Positions 1-7,071 of a stretch of DNA of 24,931 nucleotides are shown one piece after another (position 1 is the first letter of the stretch; each line of letters opens with the position of its first letter). Position numbers and translations under genes: made by a program. The notes under the pieces are model-generated. The model was not told the origin of the DNA, made no database searches, and saw only the letters and a program-made list of their open reading frames with translations. The stretch comes from a virus. Taxonomy: Duplodnaviria > Caudoviricetes. The stretch spans positions 1 through 24,931 of IMG/VR virus record IMGVR_UViG_3300042475_001758; one strand, given 5' to 3'.

Positions 1-139
1 TTCTAAGCACAATATCACGTCTATCTACTAGACCTTCAATCATCGTTTCAAAAATAACATCTAAGGCTCCTTTTATTGTTTCATTCTTTAAGTGTGGGAA
101 GTCTTTTTTTAGTTTATAATATAAATCTCTTTTTAACAT
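1..139 (-). CDS. HU/IHF-like DNA-binding protein (N-terminal part, runs off left end)
   Basis: Not in ORF track. Manual translation from ATG at 139: MLKRDLYYKLKKDFPHLKNETIKGALDVIFETMIEGLVDRRDIVLR..., matching the IHF-beta N-terminal pattern (M.K.L...PHL....IF....L......LR). No clear SD. Confidence 0.7.
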   Translation of the reverse strand, partial: MLKRDLYYKLKKDFPHLKNETIKGALDVIFETMIEGLVDRRDIVLR

Positions 140-150
140 TAAGGAATACC

Positions 151-1506
151 ATGTCTATTATTAAATTACACCGTGCTCAATCGGAAGTTATACATCATCT
201 TTTTAAACCAGTTCAACCAAAGACAGAAGACTGGAAGATGAGGTTTGCAGTAGTTGTGGGTTCTCGCGGCTTAGGTAAATCTTACGTTTCAGCGAGTGCA
301 GTAACTCTTGCTGTTGGTGAGCTTGAAACTCTTGCAGAGTCAGTCCCTAACAAAAACATTGCTCTTCTTTGCGGTAGTCATACGCAGGTAACAGATATCT
401 ACTGGCCAATGTTAGCTTATCAATTTGGACTTGAGAGTCGTTGCTGGAAACATTCACGTTCTTTAGGTAAGTTTGTGTTCGCAAATGGAACCGAAATTCG
501 TTGTTGGTCCGCTGATGCTTACGAACGACTGCGCGGTTCAGGACAGTACTTAGTAGTAGCTGACGAATTACCATCTTGGAAAGTCCCCGGTGGTTCTATT
601 AAGGATGCTTGGGAGTCTGTTATTGAGCCTTGCGTTGTTACTCGTTGGAGTCCAAAGCAGGCTGCAGCAGTAGGAGCGGTAAGTCCGGGTCGGGCACTGC
701 TACCCTCGACGCCTCTTGGGAAAGATTATTTTTATGATCTTGCACAACGCGAACATATTGATGACCGTTGGAAAACATTTTCTTACTCTTATAAAGACTC
801 ACCTCTCTTATCACAAGAGGAGATTGAGAGAGCAAAGAAACACTCAGACCCACTAAAGTTTGCTCGTGAATATGAGGCGAGTTTTGAAGAGTCTGGTTTG
901 ACATTGTTTCATACATTTTCTCGTAAACTCCATGTTGATCCTAATCTTCCCTACTTTGAAGAAGATGAGACAGTTCATTGCGCTATCGACTTTAACATCA
1001 TGTTAAACTGTACTAGTTTCCATGCTGTTAGAGGTGGTCAAGTTCATACTCTTGATGAATCAAAAGGCACGGCTAACACTGAGGAGCTTGCCCGTCTTAT
1101 CCGTTCCAAATTCCCTAAAAATAAGATTGTCTGTTATCCAGACCCTGCTGGGAAGGCCCGTAAGACTTCCGCCGCGGTAGGCGTAACTGACTTCAGCATA
1201 CTCCGCGAGGCGGGATTTACCGTTTTGGCGAAAGACAAGGCCCCTGCAATAGTTGATAGTGTTGCTGCTGTTAATCGTAAACTCCTTAATGCTAGTGGTG
1301 ATGTTGACATGCTGATTCATCCTCGTTGTACAGGAGTTATTGGCTCTTTCGAGAGAACTAGCTGGCTTGAGAACAGACCAGAGACAGCTACAATTGACAA
1401 GACTCAAGGTGTAGAACACTACACTGATGGTATCCGTTATTTTGTAGATTATCTCTGGCCGTTAACTCAATCTAAACCTGTTATTTTTACAGGTTCTAGT
1501 TTCTAA
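151..1506 (+). CDS. terL: Terminase large subunit
   Basis: Walker A GSRGLGKS, Walker B LVVADE, STPLG motif, RNase H-like nuclease acidic motifs IDFN and DGIRY; ATG at 151 has AAGGA SD (preferred over TTG at 76). Confidence 0.93.
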   Translation: MSIIKLHRAQSEVIHHLFKPVQPKTEDWKMRFAVVVGSRGLGKSYVSASAVTLAVGELETLAESVPNKNIALLCGSHTQVTDIYWPMLAYQFGLESRCWKHSRSLGKFVFANGTEIRCWSADAYERLRGSGQYLVVADELPSWKVPGGSIKDAWESVIEPCVVTRWSPKQAAAVGAVSPGRALLPSTPLGKDYFYDLAQREHIDDRWKTFSYSYKDSPLLSQEEIERAKKHSDPLKFAREYEASFEESGLTLFHTFSRKLHVDPNLPYFEEDETVHCAIDFNIMLNCTSFHAVRGGQVHTLDESKGTANTEELARLIRSKFPKNKIVCYPDPAGKARKTSAAVGVTDFSILREAGFTVLAKDKAPAIVDSVAAVNRKLLNASGDVDMLIHPRCTGVIGSFERTSWLENRPETATIDKTQGVEHYTDGIRYFVDYLWPLTQSKPVIFTGSSF

Positions 1507-1937
1507 CACAAGTAGTTTACTTGCGGATGGTCTTTTGACAAGATTGACCAGTAGCTTGACCATTGATCTTTTGCTTCTTGGATCAAATCATCTACTGGTT
1601 TTCCTAACACCATACGTAACTGCCAAACAGGGTGATACAATGCTTCTACAGCATCTGGCACTTCTTTTTGACAAAGTTTTTGAACTAAACTCCAGTTAGG
1701 ATGATAACCAGTATGAATATAAGAAGACCACCAAATCTTTGGATTAGAGATTTCTCCTTTGACCCAAGCCTTATGTTTTAATGGATCATTTAGAAAGTCT
1801 CGTTCGCTAGTACCTACATATACATATAAACGATCTTCTTCTACATAAGGCAGCTGCTCAGGGTATTTAGCTTCCATAGTCAACAGCTTAATCTTTACTG
1901 TTGGTTTGAAAGAAGGTAGAGCTGGATGATTAGTCAT
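1503..1937 (-). CDS. Hypothetical protein (144 aa)
   Basis: Last ORF of the minus-strand block; stop overlaps terL stop convergently; GGAG SD. Confidence 0.75.
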   Translation of the reverse strand: MTNHPALPSFKPTVKIKLLTMEAKYPEQLPYVEEDRLYVYVGTSERDFLNDPLKHKAWVKGEISNPKIWWSSYIHTGYHPNWSLVQKLCQKEVPDAVEALYHPVWQLRMVLGKPVDDLIQEAKDQWSSYWSILSKDHPQVNYLC

Positions 1938-1945
1938 TTGATAAA

Positions 1946-2158
1946 CTAAACTCCTAGTACTTGACGGATTTCTTTTGATCGATGTTCTTTTCCTAAGTTA
2001 TACATATCACGCATATTTTTTACAACTACTCTAGCAGCTTCGATAGGAATAGACTCTGTTTTAAAGTAGTAAATTTTAGCATGTTTAGTTCCTTCTGCTC
2101 TAGGGTCTGGGTTTTCGATGTAAACTTCACCTGCATGATAGTCAAAAATAACAGTCAT
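1946..2158 (-). CDS. Hypothetical protein (70 aa)
   Basis: AGGAG SD upstream; fits gene tiling. Confidence 0.75.
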   Translation of the reverse strand: MTVIFDYHAGEVYIENPDPRAEGTKHAKIYYFKTESIPIEAARVVVKNMRDMYNLGKEHRSKEIRQVLGV

Positions 2159-2192
2159 AGTGACTCCTGTTTGAAGAAAAAAGGAAAGTAGT

Positions 2193-2217
2193 AAAAAAGG
2201 AGGCCCGAAGGCCCCCT
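2193..2217 (-). terminator. Rho-independent terminator
   Basis: Minus strand AGGGGGCC-TTCG-GGCCTCC followed by TTTTTT, right after the stop of 2221-2403; cUUCGg tetraloop. Confidence 0.85.
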
Positions 2218-2220
2218 AAG

Positions 2221-2403
2221 TTAGATATGTTTGAACACTAGTTCTTTTTGTTTAGTTGTAACATCAAGCATACTACAAAGCTTTGCTGCTTTACGTTGAT
2301 AAGTAGTCCACTCAATATTCCAAAGCAGATCTTCTTTGTTGTTTATCTGACGTTCAAGTTTGATCATTTTACGAAGATAGTAACCTAGCTCATGCTTGTT
2401 CAT
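2221..2403 (-). CDS. Hypothetical protein (60 aa)
   Basis: ATGA start/stop overlap with upstream gene. Confidence 0.7.
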   Translation of the reverse strand: MNKHELGYYLRKMIKLERQINNKEDLLWNIEWTTYQRKAAKLCSMLDVTTKQKELVFKHI

Positions 2404-2582
2404 GTTGCTCTCTTTTCATTCCAAACCTCATAAAGACGGTTGTCTACGCTAGCTTGATAGTAAGCTAAGGTGTCCTGTTCAACAATAAGTATATCGTTCG
2501 GTAAGTGTTTTTGACTAGCTATTTTACGTAGGCAACGTACTTGGTCTCCTACTTTTACTGTCGGATGCTTAACGTAGTTCAT
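2400..2582 (-). CDS. Hypothetical protein (60 aa)
   Basis: ATGA overlaps at both ends; AAGGA SD. Confidence 0.7.
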   Translation of the reverse strand: MNYVKHPTVKVGDQVRCLRKIASQKHLPNDILIVEQDTLAYYQASVDNRLYEVWNEKRAT

Positions 2583-2755
2583 CGGTGATCCTTTGACTTT
2601 GGTTTAGCTCTTTTATGTTTCATAGTTTGATAGCCAGAGGCTGCACGAGTATGCTTGCGACCTTTTCTAAGTTCTCCACCACCACAACAACGACAGTGAG
2701 GTCGAACACCAAGACGCACGTCTGCGTTAGCTTTTTCGTGGTTTCCTGTATCCAT
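2579..2755 (-). CDS. Small basic Cys-containing hypothetical protein (58 aa)
   Basis: Not in track. MDTGNHEKANADVRLGVRPHCRCCGGGELRKGRKHTRAASGYQTMKHKRAKPKSKDHR; TAATG coupling upstream, ATGA coupling downstream. Confidence 0.7.
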   Translation of the reverse strand: MDTGNHEKANADVRLGVRPHCRCCGGGELRKGRKHTRAASGYQTMKHKRAKPKSKDHR

Positions 2756-3057
2756 TACCAGTCCTTTATAGCTCTGTGTACCTTGTAAGGTAACACTCGT
2801 CTAGCATAACAACGATACCAATCTTTTAATGCTTCTTCTTTTGTGAAGTGATTATTTAAGAAAGAACATTCCATTCCTACGAGTAGATAAGAAGGTCCAT
2901 AAAGCACACGACGATTTAAGTATACTCTTCCATCATCTCTGACTTCAAAGTAATGATTAGTAAGGCTTTCATACGCTTCAGCTAAAGTATTGCCTCTGCC
3001 GATAACTTTATCTTTATACTCGATAAGGTAGTACGTCGAAGGAAGTGTACCAGCCAT
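2755..3057 (-). CDS. Hypothetical protein (100 aa)
   Basis: Start moved to ATG 3057 (MAGTLP..., AAGGA SD); the TTG at 3108 lies within the tRNA-like gene. Confidence 0.75.
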   Translation of the reverse strand: MAGTLPSTYYLIEYKDKVIGRGNTLAEAYESLTNHYFEVRDDGRVYLNRRVLYGPSYLLVGMECSFLNNHFTKEEALKDWYRCYARRVLPYKVHRAIKDW

Positions 3058-3076
3058 GTTTAGTTCCTTTTTGAAT

Positions 3077-3168
3077 TGGTAGAAGTGCTGAGTTTCGATC
3101 TCAGTCAAGAACAGTCATCTACTGCTAAAGGGATTATAAGGCCCTCCCGCGTCCCAACGCCCACTTCC
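3077..3168 (-). tRNA. Non-canonical tRNA-like gene, anticodon UAU (putative tRNA-Ile2(UAU)), long variable arm
   Basis: GGAAGTG/CACTTCT acceptor + A + CCA; D arm GCGT-TGGG-ACGC; anticodon loop CT-TAT-AA; V arm AGCAGT/ACTGTT; T arm CTGAG-ATCGAAA-CTCAG; 8 nt downstream of tRNA-Leu. Confidence 0.75.
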
Positions 3169-3176
3169 ACAGTTAT

Positions 3177-3253
3177 TGGTAGGGGTAGTCGGATTCGAAC
3201 CGACACTACACAGATTTTAAGTCTGTTGTCTCTACCTGTTGGACTATACCCCC
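3177..3253 (-). tRNA. tRNA-Leu(UAA), short variable loop
   Basis: GGGGGTA/TACCCCT acceptor + ACCA; anticodon arm ACAGA-CTTAAAA-TCTGT; T arm GTCGG-TTCGAAT-CCGAC; 77 nt. Confidence 0.93.
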
Positions 3254-3261
3254 ATTTTGAT

Positions 3262-3429
3262 TTAAGAAGGATAAAGTTTTCTAAACAACTTTATGAAATC
3301 CTCTAGATCGTCTTCATCTTTTAAACTGTAGTATTCATCTGGTAAAATCCTACCTACAGCAAGCAGATAATTATCTAATAGTTCTACAAACTCTAGCTCT
3401 TTCTTTGTTAGCTTAAGATTAGTATTCAT
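3262..3429 (-). CDS. Hypothetical protein between tRNAs (55 aa)
   Basis: ATG 3429 (MNTNLK...) with AAGGAG upstream; the track's longer start lies inside tRNA-Arg. Confidence 0.65.
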   Translation of the reverse strand: MNTNLKLTKKELEFVELLDNYLLAVGRILPDEYYSLKDEDDLEDFIKLFRKLYPS

Positions 3430-3450
3430 AGCTACTGATGCTCCTTTATT

Positions 3451-3526
3451 TGGCGACCCCGGCAGGACTCGAACCTGCAACTTACTGCTTAGAAGGCAGT
3501 TGTTCCATCCATTGAACTACGGGGCC
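3451..3526 (-). tRNA. tRNA-Arg(UCU)
   Basis: GGCCCCG/CGGGGTC acceptor + GCCA; anticodon arm ACTGC-CTTCTAA-GCAGT; T arm GCAGG-TTCGAGT-CCTGC; 76 nt. Confidence 0.95.
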
Positions 3527-3885
3527 ATATAGAATTGAGCGTACGTATGAACTGCATGACAATTAGCACATAGTACTCTACATTTCCGAATCTCGGATTT
3601 CACTCGAAGAATGTTATACGTTTGCATTCTTGAGAGTGCTCTTTCTTTTTCTTTAGGGTCTAGATGATCTAATTGAAGGGCAGCAAAATGCTCTTTGTAA
3701 CCACAGATCTCACAACCTTTTCGAAGCTTATAACGTTTGACAAGCGTAGTAATATACTGACGCCTTTTCTTTTGTTGTTTATTAGCACAATCTTTACATT
3801 GTGACATTAAGCCTAAGCTTCTTTTCTTTTGTTTATAAAATTGATTGAGATCTTTAGTCTCGTTACAAGTAGTGCATTCCTTCAA
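3517..3885 (-). CDS. HNH endonuclease with N-terminal Cys4 Zn-ribbon
   Basis: CTTC...CKDC then CEICG...LDHLDP...CRVLCANCHAVH (HNH signature); TTG start with AAGGA SD. Confidence 0.85.
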   Translation of the reverse strand: MKECTTCNETKDLNQFYKQKKRSLGLMSQCKDCANKQQKKRRQYITTLVKRYKLRKGCEICGYKEHFAALQLDHLDPKEKERALSRMQTYNILRVKSEIRKCRVLCANCHAVHTYAQFYMAP

Positions 3886-3912
3886 TTATTTATTTTCCTT
3901 TCTTGAAAGAGT

Positions 3913-3938
3913 AGAAGGCCAGCCGTAACCAGCCTTCT
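3913..3938 (-). other. UACG-tetraloop hairpin
   Basis: AGAAGGCTGGT-TACG-GCTGGCCTTCT (11 bp including G-U pairs), directly downstream of the repeated motif. Confidence 0.6.
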
Positions 3939-3958
3939 GCTTTATCGCTAAGAGGTCA
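3935..3958 (-). promoter_or_regulatory. Repeated motif copy 1, candidate phage-specific promoter
   Basis: TGACCTCTTAGCGATAAAGCAGAA; 22/24 identical to 7048-7071 on the opposite strand; begins at the upstream stop codon and runs into the gap upstream of the HNH/tRNA cluster. Confidence 0.55.
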
Positions 3959-4138
3959 ACTCATTTCCTCGATGATTTTGTCAATGCGTTGATGCAACTG
4001 TTCAACAGTATTTACAATTTCTTTAGTAGAAGTCCAGTCGTCCTCAGCGTCTTTACCAGAGTAGTTGAGAACGAAACCGTTACTAACGATTTCTACATCG
4101 AAAGTTTCTACACCTTTTGTTACTTGTTTTTTAGCCAT
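3956..4138 (-). CDS. Hypothetical protein (60 aa)
   Basis: GGAGG SD; tiles with neighbours. Confidence 0.8.
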   Translation of the reverse strand: MAKKQVTKGVETFDVEIVSNGFVLNYSGKDAEDDWTSTKEIVNTVEQLHQRIDKIIEEMS

Positions 4139-4139
4139 G

Positions 4140-4469
4140 TTAAGCCTCCAGCTGATCTAGAGCAAACCACCAGAGCTTTAGCCGAGTGTTTGCATGTTGT
4201 TTTTTAGTTGCCCACTTAGTAGACTTGAAGCCAATGTCTTTCAAGAAGGCATTAGCTTTTACTTGTTTATCATTAGTAAAGGCTGTAACCATAGCCTTAC
4301 CCTCATGTTTAAACTTCAACATTTCGTTAAGCAAAGCTTCTTTAGTTTCTGTTATATTCATACCTGGGTAGTTGTAATCAGCTCCTTGTGCAGGAACTCC
4401 ATCACCATCAAATCGAAAGCTAGACAGCATTACAGCAGTGCAGCACGAAGGTACGTTATCTACTTTCAT
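4140..4469 (-). CDS. Hypothetical protein (109 aa)
   Basis: TAATG coupling with upstream gene; AGGAG SD. Confidence 0.8.
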   Translation of the reverse strand: MKVDNVPSCCTAVMLSSFRFDGDGVPAQGADYNYPGMNITETKEALLNEMLKFKHEGKAMVTAFTNDKQVKANAFLKDIGFKSTKWATKKQHANTRLKLWWFALDQLEA

Positions 4470-5065
4470 TACAGTTCTCCTACGACAAGACGTTTAGCAT
4501 TTTTAGCCGACATTTCAGGGCAGTTGTCTTGCTTAGTGTCTAGTTCAACTACAGACCAGATAGAGCCTGCCCAAAGAACAATGTCGTTCTTTCCAAGCTT
4601 ATCTTTCTCTACTGTTGCATGACGAGGATTACCAGCCCCTGTAACATTCACTAGTTTAACAGTGTAAGGCTTGACTTCTTCAAGAAGGTCTTTCTTGAAA
4701 GCCTTGATAGCATTGTTAGCGTCTCCGCGGATTTCAAGTACTAGCTCACCAGCAGTGTTAGTGCCGATATGGATACCATAGACTTCTTCGCCGATTACTT
4801 TGAAAAGCTTAGACATTGTGTTGTTTCCTTCTTGTTCGTTTACGTTGCCATCATACTTGTAGTAGTCATTTAGATCACGATCGTTATAAAGACTAACTGG
4901 ATAACTACTAGCTGTTTTATAGCTCATGCCTTTCCAGTAGTCCATAGGCTCAAGTACAATATAATCGAGTCGATCATTCCTAGTGTAAATCTTTACTACT
5001 TTTTTAGGAACCTTAGCACGTTTAGGTAGTAGAACGTCTCCAACTTTTAACTCTAATAGCTTCAT
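4469..5065 (-). CDS. Hypothetical protein (198 aa)
   Basis: GGAG SD; possible internal in-frame start MSKLFK with GAAGGA upstream. Confidence 0.8.
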   Translation of the reverse strand: MKLLELKVGDVLLPKRAKVPKKVVKIYTRNDRLDYIVLEPMDYWKGMSYKTASSYPVSLYNDRDLNDYYKYDGNVNEQEGNNTMSKLFKVIGEEVYGIHIGTNTAGELVLEIRGDANNAIKAFKKDLLEEVKPYTVKLVNVTGAGNPRHATVEKDKLGKNDIVLWAGSIWSVVELDTKQDNCPEMSAKNAKRLVVGEL

Positions 5066-5068
5066 AAT

Positions 5069-5230
5069 TTACTCCACAAGAGTGTTAACTGCTTCTTTAC
5101 CAAGTACGATAAAGAAGGGGTTTTTACTAGGCGTAGGAGCTTCTGAGTAGTCTAGAAACTCCTGGTGATCCCAGTCATCTTCATTCCAAGCTTTATGCTC
5201 CTTGATTAGGTTAAATTCTGCTTTATTCAT
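5069..5230 (-). CDS. Hypothetical protein (53 aa)
   Basis: Start moved to ATG 5230 (MNKAEF), overlapping the stop of the hydrolase gene by 8 nt. Confidence 0.55.
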   Translation of the reverse strand: MNKAEFNLIKEHKAWNEDDWDHQEFLDYSEAPTPSKNPFFIVLGKEAVNTLVE

Positions 5231-5579
5231 AGAACGTGTGCTCGCCATAGCGACCGATCCTTTTTCTGGTTTTGAAGAAGCCTTTACGAGGCCCACTGTG
5301 AAAAAACAAAGCCTTTGTACCGGGTAACTCAACGTAGTTCCAGTACACTTCTCCTGCCATAGTAATCGAGTCTAAGAAGACATCTTCAGTGATAGGTAAG
5401 TCTTTGTTAGACCAAGAGAATTGTTTAGGTTGATAAACTACCTCGCAAATAGTTGCTGGGAAGTCTTCGTGGTTGACTCTGTTCATAATTACTTCAGCTA
5501 CAAGTAGTTGAGCTTCAATAGTTTCTGAACGAGCTTCGTGGTAGAGAGCTAGGGCTAAGCATAAAATACTTTCTAGCAT
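5223..5579 (-). CDS. SleB-like cell wall hydrolase (Hydrolase_2 family)
   Basis: CLALALYHEARSE...VIMNRV...FPATICEVVYQPKQFSW...HTFY motifs; AAGGAGGT SD. Confidence 0.88.
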   Translation of the reverse strand: MLESILCLALALYHEARSETIEAQLLVAEVIMNRVNHEDFPATICEVVYQPKQFSWSNKDLPITEDVFLDSITMAGEVYWNYVELPGTKALFFHSGPRKGFFKTRKRIGRYGEHTFYE

Positions 5580-5593
5580 ACTACCTCCTTTTG

Positions 5594-5800
5594 TTAGAAG
5601 GGAATCAGTAGAGACTCCACATACTCCATGTGATTTTGACTCATTTCAACTAAGTCTTCATCAGTTAACTCCTTCCAAGTTAAGTTATCGAGAGAGCGTT
5701 CGATGTGTTTCCAGTCTCTACATCGATAGTACCAAACTGTTCCGTCAAACTCTGTATAGAAGTCTAACGGGTGATAAGTGCAGTCTTCACACATAGTCAA
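5594..5800 (-). CDS. Hypothetical protein (68 aa)
   Basis: ORF tiling; start uncertain (TTG 5800 or ATG 5794). Confidence 0.65.
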   Translation of the reverse strand: MTMCEDCTYHPLDFYTEFDGTVWYYRCRDWKHIERSLDNLTWKELTDEDLVEMSQNHMEYVESLLIPF

Positions 5801-6203
5801 TAGCTACTCCTGCTTCACGAAGCAAGTTACGAGCTTCTAAGAAGTTACCATACCAAGAGCTTTCCTTTTCAATTTCAGGAACCACAACTCTCTTAATTCC
5901 TCTCTGTATTGCTAAACCTGCACAAGTGCAACACAAGAAGCTAGTACAGTACAAAGTAGCTCCGTAGCAGTCACTAGAACGCAAAAGAGCATGAGACTCT
6001 GCATGTATTACGATTAGGTTCTTATACTCTCTGTTTGCCCAACGTTCATCGGTGTTAGCGATACCTCTGGGAAACTGATTAAACCCTCTAGTGAGAACTC
6101 TACCGTTTCTTTCAACTACACAACCTACTTTCTTGTTAGGGTCTAGTGACCAAGAAGCCTGTTCTTTTGCCAGGCCAAAGTAGAACCGATCTTCATCATT
6201 CAT
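5787..6203 (-). CDS. dCMP deaminase-like Zn-dependent deaminase
   Basis: S.DP..KVGCV, GFNQFPRG, HAE, LYCTSFLCCTCA, IQRGIKRVV motifs typical of dCMP deaminase/ComEB. Confidence 0.87.
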   Translation of the reverse strand: MNDEDRFYFGLAKEQASWSLDPNKKVGCVVERNGRVLTRGFNQFPRGIANTDERWANREYKNLIVIHAESHALLRSSDCYGATLYCTSFLCCTCAGLAIQRGIKRVVVPEIEKESSWYGNFLEARNLLREAGVAIDYV

Positions 6204-6376
6204 TCTAGTTCCTCTGTACAGTCACAGTCATAAACATACTCAGACCAGATAGAGTCATAGCCGATGTCCATCTTAGCTTTCCATTCTCCTAGTGAAGTAG
6301 GATCAAGTAGAACAGCTAATCCAAACATAAACAAAATAGCTTTGTAGACTTGGTTGATATACTCATTCAGTCTCAT
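6200..6376 (-). CDS. Small membrane-anchored hypothetical protein (58 aa)
   Basis: Not in track. MRLNEYINQVYKAILFMFGLAVLLDPTSLGEWKAKMDIGYDSIWSEYVYDCDCTEELE; ATGA overlaps at both ends; AGGAG SD. Confidence 0.72.
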   Translation of the reverse strand: MRLNEYINQVYKAILFMFGLAVLLDPTSLGEWKAKMDIGYDSIWSEYVYDCDCTEELE

Positions 6377-6792
6377 TTGGTTTCTCCTAGTTCGGCCAGC
6401 GTGTCATTCAGCATCTTGCTAAGTGGGTCCGATGGGTGTGCAACTTTATCGAACATGTCTCGACAAAGCGTTAGAAGCTCCACCGCCTTATTCAGTTTGT
6501 CCACGGCAGACACCCACTCTTCTTCGAAAAATTCACGCTCGGCGGTCAGGGCTTCGATGCTGGTATCAGGGGTGCGTGTGTTCCATGAAGCGATAGCTTC
6601 GTCTTTTGTTTTCTCCCACACATGGGGCTCCACACGACACTGAGAATTTGAACATCCAACTTCCCACGCTGTAGAGTGGCCGTAGTCTTCAAAGGAGAAG
6701 GGTTCTCCACCACAGAACGGGCAGGGCTTTAGATCGTCACTCATCTCGGCCTCTAAGATTTTTGCAAATTCGATGAGTTCTTCGTCAGTCAT
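6373..6792 (-). CDS. Lar-like (restriction alleviation) Zn-finger domain protein
   Basis: LKPCPFCGG...VGCSNSQC...EAIASWNTR is the Lar-family pattern; ATG 6792 overlaps upstream stop (ATGA). Confidence 0.75.
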   Translation of the reverse strand: MTDEELIEFAKILEAEMSDDLKPCPFCGGEPFSFEDYGHSTAWEVGCSNSQCRVEPHVWEKTKDEAIASWNTRTPDTSIEALTAEREFFEEEWVSAVDKLNKAVELLTLCRDMFDKVAHPSDPLSKMLNDTLAELGETK

Positions 6793-6959
6793 TTCACGCA
6801 ACTCCCCCAAATCCATTGCTTATCGGCGGCGATACACTGCTCGTAGCGGATTTGGCTTTTATCCATGTTGTACATCATGAGCTGCCCAAGCCCAAAAAGC
6901 AGAAATACGACAGCCGCAATTCCTGCGAATGGGACGATGTTATACCTAGAGTCTCTCAT
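6789..6959 (-). CDS. Small membrane protein (56 aa)
   Basis: MRDSRYNIVPFAGIAAVVFLLFGLGQ... one TM segment; ATG 6959 with AAGGAG SD and ATGA overlap. Confidence 0.72.
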   Translation of the reverse strand: MRDSRYNIVPFAGIAAVVFLLFGLGQLMMYNMDKSQIRYEQCIAADKQWIWGSCVK

Positions 6960-7021
6960 TTTGTTCTCCTTGCAGGGCAATCTCTGCCTTGGTTGCAGTT
7001 ATTGTTACAGGGTGGACACAT
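6956..7021 (-). CDS. 21-aa Cys-rich micropeptide
   Basis: Not in track. MCPPCNNNCNQGRDCPARRTK; AAGGAG SD; stop coupled to next start. Confidence 0.65.
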   Translation of the reverse strand: MCPPCNNNCNQGRDCPARRTK

Positions 7022-7047
7022 AGTTTTCTCCTTAGTTTGTTGAACTC

Positions 7048-7071
7048 TCACCTCTTAGCGATAAAGAAGAA
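7048..7071 (+). promoter_or_regulatory. Repeated motif copy 2, flanked by a 9-bp inverted repeat
   Basis: TCACCTCTTAGCGATAAAGAAGAA; GAACTCTCA (7042-7050)/TGAGAGTTC (7072-7080) arms enclose the core. Confidence 0.55.

Noticed and set aside
76-150. N-terminal extension of terL from TTG 76
   Set aside because: ATG 151 has an SD and the extension overlaps the divergent IHF-like gene.
347-1419. Minus-strand ORFs within terL, and plus-strand ORFs within the 4-11 kb block
   Set aside because: Fully antisense to well-supported, tightly tiled genes.
3076-3306. Plus-strand 76-aa ORF
   Set aside because: Antisense to two tRNA genes; no SD.
4518-4540. CTAAGCAAG...AACTGC resemblance to the pseudoknot motif
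   Set aside because: Inside a CDS, stem 1 cannot pair and stem 2 is only 3 bp.
6055-6063. Partial match TTAGCGATA to the 17-bp motif
   Set aside because: Only 9 nt, inside the deaminase CDS; expected by chance.
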